A DNA stretch of 64,000 nt from an uncultured Pseudomonadota bacterium (GTDB lineage: Bacteria; Desulfobacterota; Binatia; Binatales; Binataceae), in NCBI GenBank assembly GCA_963804355.1, contig CAWDQC010000030.1:33396-97395 (forward strand). Reading direction: 5' to 3'. Below, piece after piece: positions 21,970 to 32,632 of this stretch. Position numbers and translations under genes: made by a program. Numbering within the stretch: position 1 is the stretch's first letter; each line of letters starts with the position of its first letter. Under the pieces are notes generated by a model. It saw nothing but the letters and a program-made list of their open reading frames with translations, ran no database searches and had not been told where the DNA came from.

Positions 21970-22947
21970 ATGACCGCGTCGAGCGGTCGGTTCGAGAATC
22001 AATTGCGGGACCTCAAGCGGAGTAAACCGTTGCAGGATCAGTTCGAACGAGCGCAAGTGCTGGCCGAAGCCCTGCCCTATATCCAACGCTTTCGCGGCGC
22101 CACTTTCGTTATCAAGTACGGCGGTCACGCGATGCTCGACGCGCAGTTGCGCGAAAGCTTCGCCCAGGATGTCGTTCTGCTCAACGCCGTCGGTATCAAG
22201 CCGGTGGTAGTGCATGGCGGCGGCCCGCAGATTAACCAGCTGATCGAACGGCTCGGCCTCAAATCGAGCTTCGTGCGCGGGATGCGCGTGACCGATGAAG
22301 CGACGATGGAAGCGGTCGAGATGGTGCTGCAGAAGCTCAACAAGGAAATCACTGCACTGATCTCGCGTCAGGGCGGCCGCGCCGTCGGAATCTCGGGCAA
22401 GGATGGCGACCTGTTCTTCGCGCGCAAGCTCCTGCTCGAGGACGAAACCGCCGGCCCCGTCGATATCGGCCTGGTCGGCGAAGTCGTCGAGATCAATCCC
22501 GGCGTGATCGCCACGCTCCAGGACGCCGGCTTTATCCCGGTGGTCGCCCCGGTCGGCCATGATCGCGAGGGACAGACCTACAATATCAACGCCGACGTCG
22601 CCGCCGGCGAGATTGCGGGTGCGCTCAAAGCGGCCAAGCTGATTTTGTTGACCGACGTCGAAGGGGTGAAAGACGAAAAGGGCGAGCTCGTTTCGATGCT
22701 GGAAGCCGAGCGGGCCAAAAAAATGATCGCGAGCGGCTCGATCGGCGAAGGGATGATCCCCAAGGTCGAATGCTGCATGGAGGCGCTGGCGGACGGTATC
22801 GGCGCGGCGCACATTATCGATGGCCGCGTGCGTCACGCGCTTTTGCTCGAAGTTTTCACCGATTCCGGCGTCGGTACCGAGGTGGCAAATCAGCCGGCCG
22901 CGGTGCGCCGCACGAGCCGCGCTTCCGGCAATCCCAAGGGAGACTAG
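21970..22947 (+). CDS. argB: acetylglutamate kinase
   Basis: MTASSGRFENQL...AEALPYIQRFRGATFVIKYGGHAM...VVHGGGPQI. I chose the in-frame ATG at 21970, because the Arg-rich extension from 21862 looks non-coding. Confidence 0.9.
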   Translation: MTASSGRFENQLRDLKRSKPLQDQFERAQVLAEALPYIQRFRGATFVIKYGGHAMLDAQLRESFAQDVVLLNAVGIKPVVVHGGGPQINQLIERLGLKSSFVRGMRVTDEATMEAVEMVLQKLNKEITALISRQGGRAVGISGKDGDLFFARKLLLEDETAGPVDIGLVGEVVEINPGVIATLQDAGFIPVVAPVGHDREGQTYNINADVAAGEIAGALKAAKLILLTDVEGVKDEKGELVSMLEAERAKKMIASGSIGEGMIPKVECCMEALADGIGAAHIIDGRVRHALLLEVFTDSGVGTEVANQPAAVRRTSRASGNPKGD

Positions 22948-22950
22948 GAC

Positions 22951-24363
22951 ATGGCTGATCTTTGGCGTCTATCGGCGATCGACCTCGCCCGGCAAATCGC
23001 CGCGAAGCAGGTTTCCTCCGTCGACGTGATCGAGGCGCATCTGGCGCGGATCGAGGCGGTCAATCCGCGAATCAATGCGGTGGTGAAGGTACTTGCCGGC
23101 GAGGCGCGCAAGCAGGCGATCGCCGCCGATCGGATGGTCGCCTCAGGTGCGGCGCTGGGGCCGTTCCACGGTGTCCCCTTCACGATCAAGGAAAATATCG
23201 ATATGGCCGGGCTGCCCACGACCTGGGGCGTTCCCTCGCTGGCCGCGGCCGTGCCGCCGCTGGACGCTCCGATCGTCGAGCGCATGCGCGCGGCCGGAGC
23301 GATCGCGCTGGGTCGCACCAACCTGCCCGACATGGCGTTACGCGTGCATACCCATAGCTCCCTGCATGGCCTGACGCTAAACCCGTGGAACGCCGGGCGT
23401 ACGGCGGGCGGGTCCAGCGGCGGCGACGCCGCGGCGCTGGCGGTGGGTATGACTCCGCTAGGCCTGGGCAACGATATCGGCGGATCGCTCCGCAATCCCG
23501 CCAACGCCTGCGGAATCGCCTCGATTCGTCCCTCGATGGGACGGGTGCCCGACGCCGGGTTCGTACCCACCGAGGACCGTCTGCTGGCGGTCCAGCTCAT
23601 GAACGTGCAGGGCCCAATGGCGCGGCGTGTCGCCGACGTGCGGCTGGCGCTCCAGGTGGTCATGGGGGCTCATCCGCGCGACCCCTGGTCGATCGACGTT
23701 CCGTTCGCGGGTCCCGATCTACGCCGGCCGCTTCGGGTGGCAGTGGTTCCCGCGCCGCCGGGCGGAAGCGTGGATCCGCAGGTATCCGCCGCGGTTCGGC
23801 GCGCCGCCGACGTCCTCGCCAACGCCGGCTATGAAATGGTCGAAACCTGCCCACCCCGCTACGAAGAGGCGATCGCGGTCTGGGCGCAGTTTATTATGGG
23901 CGATTTCGCCTCGGTGCTGGGGCGGTTGGTGCCGATGATGGGAGAGGACGGCGTGACCTTTCTCAACGCTTTGACCGCGGCGGTGCCGGCGCCGACGGAT
24001 ACCGCCTCGATGTCGGCATTATTCGCGCAGCGCGACGGCGTGGCGCGCGCCTGGTCGACTTTTATGAGCGATCATCCGTTGATCCTCAGTCCCACCTGGA
24101 CGCAACTTCCGTTCGAGCATGGCTTCGACGCCTCCAGCCCGCAGGCAGCGTTGGCGACGATGGAGTTGATGCGACCGGTGGCGCCGGCCAATCTGATCGG
24201 TCTGCCTTCGGCCTGCGTCCCGGCCGGCCGCGACGCCGCGACCGGATTGCCGATCGGCGTCCTGCTCACCGGCAGGCGTTTCCGCGAAGACCTCTGTCTC
24301 GAAGCCGCCGAAGCCATCGAAAAGGAACTGGCTTTGCCCACTCCGATTGACCCGGCCGGTTGA
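22951..24363 (+). CDS. amidase-signature family amidase
   Basis: GGSSGG motif with the surrounding AS signature (NPWNAGRTAGGSSGGDAAALA...GNDIGGSLRNPA). Starts 3 nt after the argB stop. Confidence 0.8.
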   Translation: MADLWRLSAIDLARQIAAKQVSSVDVIEAHLARIEAVNPRINAVVKVLAGEARKQAIAADRMVASGAALGPFHGVPFTIKENIDMAGLPTTWGVPSLAAAVPPLDAPIVERMRAAGAIALGRTNLPDMALRVHTHSSLHGLTLNPWNAGRTAGGSSGGDAAALAVGMTPLGLGNDIGGSLRNPANACGIASIRPSMGRVPDAGFVPTEDRLLAVQLMNVQGPMARRVADVRLALQVVMGAHPRDPWSIDVPFAGPDLRRPLRVAVVPAPPGGSVDPQVSAAVRRAADVLANAGYEMVETCPPRYEEAIAVWAQFIMGDFASVLGRLVPMMGEDGVTFLNALTAAVPAPTDTASMSALFAQRDGVARAWSTFMSDHPLILSPTWTQLPFEHGFDASSPQAALATMELMRPVAPANLIGLPSACVPAGRDAATGLPIGVLLTGRRFREDLCLEAAEAIEKELALPTPIDPAG

Positions 24364-24660
24364 ATTCACGGGTGCGGGCTGATTTCGGATGTATCTCAGC
24401 CGCTACAAACCGGATCGATCATCCGATCGGGAGCGGACGCTTGTACGTTCTTTCGCTATTGAGTATCTGACGATAGAAGCTGCGCGCGTATTCTGACAGC
24501 CTGATTGCACATGCCGGCGCGGTCGTTTCACGGCTCGAGAGGGGGATTTAAGCGGGGTTATTCCGCGCGATGGCGCGGCCTGCCGGCGAATTCGCCGTGG
24601 CCGCGTCGAGCGCTTGCGTGACCCTTGCGCGAAGACTGTGATCGAAGAAGAGGAGTTGCG

Positions 24661-25851
24661 ATGAACAATGCCGAAATCGTGGGACTTGCCCACGCCAACC
24701 TTGCAAATACCTATGGTTGTACGCCGATCGCCTTCGTACGCGGTCATGGCGCCTACCTCTTCGACGCCGACGGCAATCGCTACCTCGACTTCTTTTGCGG
24801 TCTCGCGGTGACCAGTCTCGGCCATGGGCATCCGCGGGTCGTGCGCGCGATCAAGGATCAGGCGGAGAAGGTGACTCACGTTTCGAACGTGTTCCATACC
24901 GAGCCGATGGCGCGGCTGGCTGCGCGGCTGGGTGGTGCGTTCGGCGACGGGCGGATCTTCTTCGGCAACTCCGGCGCGGAGGCCAACGAGGCGGCGCTCA
25001 AGCTGGCGCGCCGCTGGGGTCATGGGAACGGCGGACGTTTCGAGTTCATCTCGACTCTCGGATCATTTCATGGCCGTACTATCGGCACGCTGAGCGCGAC
25101 CGGGCAGGAGAAGTATCATATCGGGTTTCAGCCCCTGGTGCCTGGTTTCAAGCTGGTGCCGTATGACGACGTCGCGGCGATCGAGCGTGCACTGAGCGAC
25201 AAGACGGTCGCGATCATGGTCGAACCGATCCAGGGTGAAGGCGGCGTGGTGACGCCCCGGCTGGACTACCTCGGCCGGCTGCGGGATTTGTGCGATCGCA
25301 ACAAGCTGCTGCTGATCGTCGACGAAGTACAAACCGGGATGGGCCGCACGGGTAAGCTGTTCGCTTACCAACACGCGGGGATCAAGCCCGATATCATTAC
25401 CCTGGCCAAGGCGCTCGGGGGCGGGCTCCCGATCGGTGCGATGGTCGCGCGATCCGAGATCGCGACGGTACTGTCACCGGGCACCCACGGCTCGACTTTC
25501 GGCGGTAATCCGGTCGCTTGTGCGGCCGCACTGGGAGTGCTCGACGCGCTGGAGCACGACGGCGTAATCGCCAACGCCGCCGAAGTCGGCGGTTACCTGA
25601 TGAATCGTCTGCGCGAGATAGCCAAAGATTGTCCCAATGTGCGCGAAGTTCGCGGCCTCGGGATGATCATCGGGGTGGTCCTGAAGCATGAGGCCAGGGG
25701 TATCGTCGAAGCCTGCCTCAAAGAGCATCTGATTGTAAACGGTACGGCGGACAATGTTTTGCGGCTGCTGCCCCCGCTCAACCTGACGCGGGAGGAAGCC
25801 GATGCGGGACTCGCGACAATCGAGCGCGCGCTCAAGGCCGCCCGTACCTGA
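24661..25851 (+). CDS. argD: acetylornithine aminotransferase (class III PLP aminotransferase)
   Basis: MNNAEIVGLAHANLANTYG..., DEVQTGMGRTGKLFA, LAKALGGGLPIGA. RBS GAAGAGGAG lies before ATG 24661. Confidence 0.85.
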   Translation: MNNAEIVGLAHANLANTYGCTPIAFVRGHGAYLFDADGNRYLDFFCGLAVTSLGHGHPRVVRAIKDQAEKVTHVSNVFHTEPMARLAARLGGAFGDGRIFFGNSGAEANEAALKLARRWGHGNGGRFEFISTLGSFHGRTIGTLSATGQEKYHIGFQPLVPGFKLVPYDDVAAIERALSDKTVAIMVEPIQGEGGVVTPRLDYLGRLRDLCDRNKLLLIVDEVQTGMGRTGKLFAYQHAGIKPDIITLAKALGGGLPIGAMVARSEIATVLSPGTHGSTFGGNPVACAAALGVLDALEHDGVIANAAEVGGYLMNRLREIAKDCPNVREVRGLGMIIGVVLKHEARGIVEACLKEHLIVNGTADNVLRLLPPLNLTREEADAGLATIERALKAART

Positions 25852-25905
25852 TGATCAACGCTGAGAATCAGCTAGTATAGATTGTGAATTTAGGCGGCGG
25901 TCCCG

Positions 25906-26853
25906 ATGAAACGCGACTTTCTCGACCTCGGTTCCCTTACCGCTTCGGAACTCGATGGGTTACTGCGGCTTGCAGTCCGGCTCAAGGCTGAGCTGAAGAG
26001 CGGCCTCGAACATCCATATTTGCGCGGCAAGACGCTCGCGATGATCTTTCAAAAGCCGTCGTTGCGCACCCGTATCACCTTCGAGACCGGGATGGCGCAG
26101 ATGGGCGGACATGCGATTTACCTCGCGCCGCAGGATATCGGGATCGGCGAGCGCGAGTCGGTCAAGGACGTCGCGCGTAATCTTTCGCGCTGGGTCGACC
26201 TGATCATGATTCGCACCTTTTCGCAGGAAACTTGTGTCGAGTTGGCGCGCGAATCGTCGGTGCCGGTGATAAATGGTCTCACCGACTTGCTTCATCCGTG
26301 CCAGTTGCTCGCGGATCTACTGACGCTACATGAGCGTTACGGAAGTTTACGCAAACTTAAAGTCGCATTCGTCGGTGATGGCTTCAATCTCGCCCAGAGT
26401 TGGATCGAAGCTGCCGCGATGATCAGTATCGATCTTCGAATCGCCTGCCCGTCAGGATACGAACCCGACAAATCGTTCGTGACGCGCCTGCGGCAGAATA
26501 AGAACGGACTCATGACCAACGATCCGGTAGCGGCGGTCAGCGGCGCGGACGCGATTTATACCGATACGTGGACCTCGATGGGCCAGGAGCGCGAGGCCGC
26601 GATTCGACAGCGCGACTTCAAGGATTTTCAGGTAAACGCGACATTGCTCAAACACGCAAAGCCCGACGCCGCCGTGATGCATTGTCTACCGGCGCATCGG
26701 GGGCAGGAAATCACCGACGAGGTGATCGACGGACCACAGTCGGTGGTGCTGGAGCAAGCGGAGAATCGCCTTCATGCGCAGAAGGCGGTGATGCTTTGGT
26801 TGATGAGGCCGGATATTCTCAGTCATCAGGGTAAGGTCAGCGACGACTTCTGA
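25906..26853 (+). CDS. argF: ornithine carbamoyltransferase
   Basis: Carbamoyl-phosphate site SLRTRITFE, plus the HPCQ and [10 protein letters not shown] motifs. Confidence 0.9.
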   Translation: MKRDFLDLGSLTASELDGLLRLAVRLKAELKSGLEHPYLRGKTLAMIFQKPSLRTRITFETGMAQMGGHAIYLAPQDIGIGERESVKDVARNLSRWVDLIMIRTFSQETCVELARESSVPVINGLTDLLHPCQLLADLLTLHERYGSLRKLKVAFVGDGFNLAQSWIEAAAMISIDLRIACPSGYEPDKSFVTRLRQNKNGLMTNDPVAAVSGADAIYTDTWTSMGQEREAAIRQRDFKDFQVNATLLKHAKPDAAVMHCLPAHRGQEITDEVIDGPQSVVLEQAENRLHAQKAVMLWLMRPDILSHQGKVSDDF

Positions 26854-28091
26854 TGAGCAAGCAGAACATTCGTAAACTTGTGCTCGCGTATTCCGGTGGG
26901 CTGGATACGTCGGTAATCCTGCGTTGGCTCAAGGACTACTACGGCTGCGAAATCGTGGCCTATTGCGCCGACGTCGGTCAGGGAGACGAGACCGCGGGTC
27001 TGGAGGAGAAAGCGCTGGGGACCGGCGCTAGCAAGCTTTATATCGAGGATTTACGCGAAGAATTCGCTCGCGAGTTCGTTTTTCCGATGATGCGCGCAAA
27101 TGCGGTCTACGAAAGCTACTATCTACTTGGCACCTCGATCGCGCGGCCGGCGATCGCGCGGAGGCAGGTTGAAATCGCGCGCAAGGAAGGCGCCGACGCC
27201 GTTGCGCATGGCGCGACCGGGAAAGGCAACGACCAGGTGCGCTTCGAGCTGACCTTTGCCGGGTCTGGCGCCGGACCTCACGGTGGTAGCTCCGTGGCGT
27301 CATCCCGACTGGCCATTCGTCGGTCGTGCGGACATGATCGAGTATGCGGCCGAGAAAAAAATTCCGGTGTCGGTGACCACGGAAAAGCCCTACTCGATGG
27401 ATCGCAACCTCGTTCACATCAGTTATGAAGGTGGAATCCTGGAGGATCCGTGGCGTGAGCCATACGGCGATATCTTCAAGCTGACGGTTGCACCGGAAGC
27501 GGCGCCGGATCAGCCCGAGTATATCGAGATCGAGTTCGATCGCGGTGATCCCGTGGCGATCAACGGCGAGCGCCTCACGCCGGCGCGATTGATCGAGCGA
27601 GCCAATGAAATCGGCGGACGCCACGGTGTCGGCCGGGTCGATCTGGTCGAGAATCGCTATGTCGGGGAATCAAATCGCGTGGCGTCTACGAGAGTCCGGG
27701 GGTCACTATTCTCATGCATGGTCATCGCGCGGTCGAGCAGCTGACGCTTGATCGCGAAGTGATGCATCTGCGGGATGGGGTGATTCCGCGTTACGGCGAG
27801 ATGGTTTACAACGGACATTGGTTCGCACCGGAACGCGAGGCGTTACAGGCGCTTATCGATGATACGCAGCGCAATGTAAGCGGAGTGGCACGGCTTAAGC
27901 TGTACAAGGGCGGCGTCTGGATCGTGGGGCGCAAATCGGCGAACTCACTTTATGATCCGGCGATCGCGAGCTTCGAGGCCGCCGGCGGATATCGCCAGGC
28001 CGACGCCGAGGGATTCATCCGGCTGGCGGGGTTGCGGCTGAAGGCGCTGGCGCGCGTAACGGGACGCCAGGAACCGGGACGAGGGAACTAG
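26853..28091 (+). CDS. argG: argininosuccinate synthase, two frameshifts (~27258, ~27665)
   Basis: [27 protein letters not shown] / [12 protein letters not shown]...VENRYVG / [29 protein letters not shown]. Three track ORFs (26853.., 27256.., 27714..) tile one protein. Confidence 0.9.
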
Positions 28092-28113
28092 GGAGCAATT
28101 CTCCTTGGGCAAG

Positions 28114-28281
28114 GTGATCCAATTCAGACCGCCGCGCCCGGCCCCAAAGCTGGTGCCGCGAAATCGCAACGGTGAATGTTCGCGATGCGGTCATAAGATG
28201 GACGTTCACGTGGCGCATCCGAACGGCGTGACGACCTGCGCGGCGCGTGGATGTATGTGCCGTACGGCGCCCGGGCGGTAG
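28114..28281 (+). CDS. possible 55-aa Cys-rich small protein in the argG-argH spacer
   Basis: My translation from GTG 28114 is VIQFRPPRPAPKLVPRNRNGECSRCGHKMDVHVAHPNGVTTCAARGCMCRTAPGR*, with CxxC...C..CxC. It is below the track length cutoff, has no clear RBS, and I cannot check homology. Confidence 0.25.
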   Translation: MIQFRPPRPAPKLVPRNRNGECSRCGHKMDVHVAHPNGVTTCAARGCMCRTAPGR

Positions 28282-28299
28282 TCGCGCACCGCATGGAAC

Positions 28300-29799
28300 G
28301 TGCAGTTTTTTGTGGCGAGGGAAGTCTCGCCTCGCCCGGTGCGTCGATCGCATGAAAGCCGGCAGATCCGTCAAGGCGCACCAGCCGCGCAAATCGAATC
28401 GCCGGCCTCCACTAAGGATTCAGCTGATTCGCAGAAAAATCTGATACGGGGCGGGCGCTTCAAGCGTGGCCGGCTGCCCGAAGTCGAGGCCTTCAGCGCC
28501 TCGCTACCTTTCGATCGCCGCCTTTACCGGCACGATATTCGCGGCTCGATCGCACATGCGCGGATGCTGGCGCAGGTTAAACTGCTTAATCGGCGCGAGC
28601 TTGCCGCAATCGTCAGAGGCCTTGGGGAGATCGAAGGCGAGATTACCGGCGGCCGCTTTCGTTTCGACATCGCCGACGAAGATATCCATCTCGCGATCGA
28701 ACGGCGGCTCACGGAAAAGATTGGCGCGGCGGGCCGGAAGCTTCATACGGCGCGTTCCCGTAATGACCAGGTGGCGCTCGACCTGCGACTGTATCTACGC
28801 GATGAAATCGACGTAGTAACCGATAGCGTTCGTGCGCTGCGGCGAGCGTTGATCGCGGTGGCGCGGCGCAACGTAGAGACTGTCATGCCCGGCTATACCC
28901 ATATGCAACGCGCCCAGCCGATATCCCTGGCGCATCATGTGCTCGCATACGCCGAGATGCTCGAACGCGACCGCGAACGTTTCGAACAGGCGCGGGACCG
29001 GACCGACGTGATGCCGCTGGGGGCGGGCGCATTAGCGGCGACGACCCTGCCGATCGATCGGCGGATGGTAGCGCGCGAGCTGAAGTTTCGCCGGATCTCC
29101 GAAAATAGCGTTGATGCGGTGTCGGACCGCGACTTTGCACTCGATTTCCTGGCGGCAGCGGCGACCCTGATGGTCCATTTGTCGCGCATGGCCGAGGAAA
29201 TCATTCTATGGAGCAGTACCGAGTTCGGATTTGCGGTTCTGCCCGACGAGTTTTCGACCGGCAGCTCGATGATGCCGCAAAAGAAGAATCCGGACCTGCT
29301 GGAGCTGATTCGCGGCAAGAGCGGCCGGGTCGTCGGAGACCTGATGGCGCTGCTCACGACAATCAAGGGGCTGCCACTGGCCTACAATTCCGATCTCCAG
29401 GAGGACAAGGAGCGCGTTTTCGACGCGGCCGACACGATCAAGCCGGTGCTCGAGTTGTTGAGCCTGTTATGGCCGCGAATCACCTTTAACCGGTCGGCTA
29501 TGAGAGCGGCCGCGGGCGGTTTCGCGCTGGCTACCGACCTCGCCGAATACCTGGTCGCCCATGGGACACCATTTCGCGAGGCGCATGAGGCGGTGGGTGC
29601 CCTGGTACGCGACGCTGCGGCGGCGGGTACCTCTATCGAAGAGCTTGGATTGGAGGCGCTGCGACGCTATTCGCCGGCCTTCGGCCCCGACGCGGCATCG
29701 ATGTTGACGGCGGACAATTCGCTCCGCGCGCGACAAACGATTGGAGGACCGGCGCCGGCCACGGTTCGGCGGCGGCTCAAGGATTTGGCGCGGCGATGA
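28300..29799 (+). CDS. argH: argininosuccinate lyase (start uncertain)
   Basis: GGRF...DIRGSIAHARML, SRNDQVALDLRLY, and the signature GSSMMPQKKNPD. The conserved core begins ~28436. The 45-codon extension back to ATG 28300 is unconserved-looking and may hide an indel. Confidence 0.85.
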   Translation: MQFFVAREVSPRPVRRSHESRQIRQGAPAAQIESPASTKDSADSQKNLIRGGRFKRGRLPEVEAFSASLPFDRRLYRHDIRGSIAHARMLAQVKLLNRRELAAIVRGLGEIEGEITGGRFRFDIADEDIHLAIERRLTEKIGAAGRKLHTARSRNDQVALDLRLYLRDEIDVVTDSVRALRRALIAVARRNVETVMPGYTHMQRAQPISLAHHVLAYAEMLERDRERFEQARDRTDVMPLGAGALAATTLPIDRRMVARELKFRRISENSVDAVSDRDFALDFLAAAATLMVHLSRMAEEIILWSSTEFGFAVLPDEFSTGSSMMPQKKNPDLLELIRGKSGRVVGDLMALLTTIKGLPLAYNSDLQEDKERVFDAADTIKPVLELLSLLWPRITFNRSAMRAAAGGFALATDLAEYLVAHGTPFREAHEAVGALVRDAAAAGTSIEELGLEALRRYSPAFGPDAASMLTADNSLRARQTIGGPAPATVRRRLKDLARR

Positions 29800-30321
29800 G
29801 GTTGCTAGGGATGAATTCGAGATGGCCGAGGAATTCGAGGGTCTTGTTATTCGCGACTGTGCTCTCGACGCTGGCCTCAGCCTGCGGAGTGAAGAGCGCG
29901 CCGATGGCGCCTGAACTGGTACGTCCGGAACGGATTGTTGACTTGCATGCGGCGCCGGATCCCGCAGGGAATCAAGCTCACCTGGGGGCGTCCGACTCAT
30001 TACGCGGGTGGCCATATGATGCGCGATCTCGACAGCTTCGTGATATTGCGAGGCAACGCGGACGGTCCGCTGACGCCCGTGGCGGCATTGGCGGTGACTG
30101 ATCGGGAGCGCTTCTCGGTCGAGCATGATTTCATGTTTGTGGACGAGCAAACGGCCCTGGATAAGGAATATCGTTACGAAATCGTCTCGAGGACCGTCGA
30201 CGGCTACGTGAGCGAGCCGTCAAACCAGGTGGAAATCACCAGGATCAAACCGAGTCCGCCGCCGAATCCCGAGAATTTCCACCTGCCGGCATCACCCGCC
30301 TCGCCGGGTATCTCGAACTGA
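29796..30321 (+). CDS. lipoprotein, function unknown, one frameshift near 29970
   Basis: The ATGA overlaps the argH stop. Signal + lipobox VLLFATVLSTLASAC. ORF 29796..30101 joins ORF 29935..30321 at ...HAAPDPAG/IKLTWGRPTHYAGG. Confidence 0.6.
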
Positions 30322-30468
30322 GACAATTCTCCCCGCCGAAGCTACTGTTTCTGGACCACCGCCGGCTGTGATAAAAACCAGCGTCACTGTCCGATGAGGT
30401 GCCTGGGTGCGATAGTCTAGACCCGACACCCGCGGCCGGTAGACATCCCGAATCCGCCAGATGAGCGA

Positions 30469-31737
30469 ATGAACTATTTTACCTACAAGGACGACCGGCT
30501 TTTCGCTGAAGACGTCGCGATCGACGAGCTCGCGGAACGCCTCGGCACCCCGCTTTACGTATACAGCGCGCGCACTTTGCGCCGTCATTTCAGGGTCCTC
30601 AGCGATGCGTTCAAGGGTAGCGATACCCTGATCTGCTTCGCCATGAAGGCGTTGTCGAATCTGACCGTGCTCAAGCTCTATAACGACATGGGAGCAGGAT
30701 TCGATATCGTCTCGGTGGGCGAATTGATGCGCTGCGTGAGAGCAGGCGCCGATCCGCGAAAGATCGTGTTTTCGGGGGTGGGCAAGACCGACGAAGAGAT
30801 CGAAGCGGCGCTCAAGGCCGGTATCCTGATGATCAACGTCGAGTCGCGCCCGGAACTCCATCGGGTGAGTGAAGTGGCACGCCGGCTTGGAATCCAGGCG
30901 CCGGTCAGCCTGCGGGTAAACCCCGATCTCGACCCCGGAACCCATCCGCACATTTCCACGGGCCATCGCGACAGCAAGTTCGGAGTGCCGCTCGCACAAA
31001 TCGGTGAATACTACGCGGAGGCGCGAACTCTTCCCAATCTCGATTTGGCTGGGCTGAGCACCCATATCGGTTCGCAGATCACGGATAGCGGACCCTTCGT
31101 CGAAGAAGGACACAAGGTCGCCAAGATCGTCGGCAATCTGCGCGCCGACGGGATCGCGCTAAAATATCTCGATTTGGGCGGCGGACTGGGAATTCCCTAC
31201 CATGAAGAGCCGCCGCCTCCATCGGAATATGCCGCGGCGCTGCTCGGGCCGCTTCGGGGTATCGGTCTTAAATTAATTATCGAACCGGGCCGGGTCCTGG
31301 TCGGGAACGCCGGAATCCTGGTGACCCGCGTATTGTATGTGAAAGAAACCGACGTCAAGCGCTTCGTCGTCGTCGATGGTGCGATGAACGACCTGCTGAG
31401 ACCGGTACTATACGAGGCCTTTCACGAAATTCGGCCGGTCGTTCGCAGAAATGGCATCGGCACAATCACTGCCGATGTGGTCGGGCCGGTATGCGAAAGC
31501 GGGGATTTTTTCGCTCTCGCGCGTGAACTGCCGCAGGCAAACCGCGGCGACCTGCTCGCAGTGATGAGCGCCGGAGCCTATGGCTTCGTGATGGCGTCGA
31601 ACTACAACAGCCGGCCGCGTGCGCCCGAGGTGATCGTCAATGGTAACGAATACGTGGTTGCGCGCGAGCGTGAGACTTTCGAGGACCTGATTCGCGGCGA
31701 GAAGATCCTGACTCTTAAGGCTGGTCCCGATGCCTAA
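30469..31737 (+). CDS. lysA: diaminopimelate decarboxylase
   Basis: PLP lysine context CFAMKALSN, GGGLGIPY, and VGPVCESGDFF. Confidence 0.9.
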   Translation: MNYFTYKDDRLFAEDVAIDELAERLGTPLYVYSARTLRRHFRVLSDAFKGSDTLICFAMKALSNLTVLKLYNDMGAGFDIVSVGELMRCVRAGADPRKIVFSGVGKTDEEIEAALKAGILMINVESRPELHRVSEVARRLGIQAPVSLRVNPDLDPGTHPHISTGHRDSKFGVPLAQIGEYYAEARTLPNLDLAGLSTHIGSQITDSGPFVEEGHKVAKIVGNLRADGIALKYLDLGGGLGIPYHEEPPPPSEYAAALLGPLRGIGLKLIIEPGRVLVGNAGILVTRVLYVKETDVKRFVVVDGAMNDLLRPVLYEAFHEIRPVVRRNGIGTITADVVGPVCESGDFFALARELPQANRGDLLAVMSAGAYGFVMASNYNSRPRAPEVIVNGNEYVVARERETFEDLIRGEKILTLKAGPDA

Positions 31738-32629
31738 GCTGCCGTTCGTAAAAATGCACGGATGCGGCAACGACTACATCTATGTGGTCGCGAATGAGGT
31801 TCGTCCGCTGGATCCCGGGTCGCTCTCGAAACGCCTCTCGGACCGACGCTTCGGTATCGGCGGCGACGGCCTGATCATGCTTTGTCCGACCGCAAAAGCC
31901 GACGTACGAATGGAAATGTACAACGCCGACGGCAGCCGCGGGGAAATGTGCGGCAACGGTATTCGATGTGTCGCCCGGCTCTATCACGAGATTTCCGGCG
32001 GTCGAAAGAATCCGGTCGCGGTCGAAACCGATTGCGGAATCAAAACCGTCGCACTTGCGGTCGAAAGTGGTGGCGCGATTGCCGCGACCGTCGATATGGG
32101 AGAGCCGATTCTCGAGGGGCGCGAGATTCCCGCTCAGCATGATGGACGAGTGGTCGACTACGCGTTGGAAGTCGAAGGTCGCGTCCAGAAGATCACTGCG
32201 GTCTCGATGGGCAACCCGCACTGCGTGATTTTCGTCGAAGACGAAGGAATTTTTGCGCTCGATGACGGCGAGTTCGCGCGGATCGGACGTCAATTCGAGC
32301 GTCATCCGTTCTTTCCGCGTCGGGTGAATACTGAATTTATCCTACCGATTGCGCGCGACCGGCTGAAGATGCGTGTGTGGGAGCGCGGATCGGGCGAGAC
32401 GCTGGCCTGCGGCACCGGCGCCTGCGCCGCTTTGGTCGCCGCGGCATTGACCGGCCGCGCAGATCGCCGTGCAACACTCGAACTACGAGGCGGCGATCTC
32501 GATATAGAATGGCGCGAGCATGGCGTCGACGCCAATCACGTCTTCATGACCGGCGAGGCAGTGGAGGTTTTCAGAGGGGAAGTCGAAGTCGGCGAGCAGG
32601 AACTCGTGGCCGCCGGCGGGAGGTCATAG
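31730..32629 (+). CDS. dapF: diaminopimelate epimerase
   Basis: KMHGCGNDYIYV, NADGSRGEMCGNGIRC and GSGETLACGTGACA (two catalytic Cys motifs). 8-nt overlap with lysA. Confidence 0.9.
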   Translation: MPKLPFVKMHGCGNDYIYVVANEVRPLDPGSLSKRLSDRRFGIGGDGLIMLCPTAKADVRMEMYNADGSRGEMCGNGIRCVARLYHEISGGRKNPVAVETDCGIKTVALAVESGGAIAATVDMGEPILEGREIPAQHDGRVVDYALEVEGRVQKITAVSMGNPHCVIFVEDEGIFALDDGEFARIGRQFERHPFFPRRVNTEFILPIARDRLKMRVWERGSGETLACGTGACAALVAAALTGRADRRATLELRGGDLDIEWREHGVDANHVFMTGEAVEVFRGEVEVGEQELVAAGGRS

Positions 32630-32632
32630 CAA

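Noticed and set aside
22951-24363. Calling the amidase gatA (Glu/Asp-tRNA amidotransferase subunit A)
   Set aside because: Only the generic amidase-signature motifs are visible. No gatB or gatC is adjacent, and an apparent asnS in the window reduces the need for the Asn transamidation route. It is kept as a generic AS-family amidase.
28015-28444. Track ORFs 28015..28392 (-), 28124..28381 (-) and 28247..28444 (+) in the argG-argH spacer
   Set aside because: Their translations are Arg/Pro/Ala-rich with no motifs and they overlap one another. The plus-strand one may only mark an indel near the argH start.
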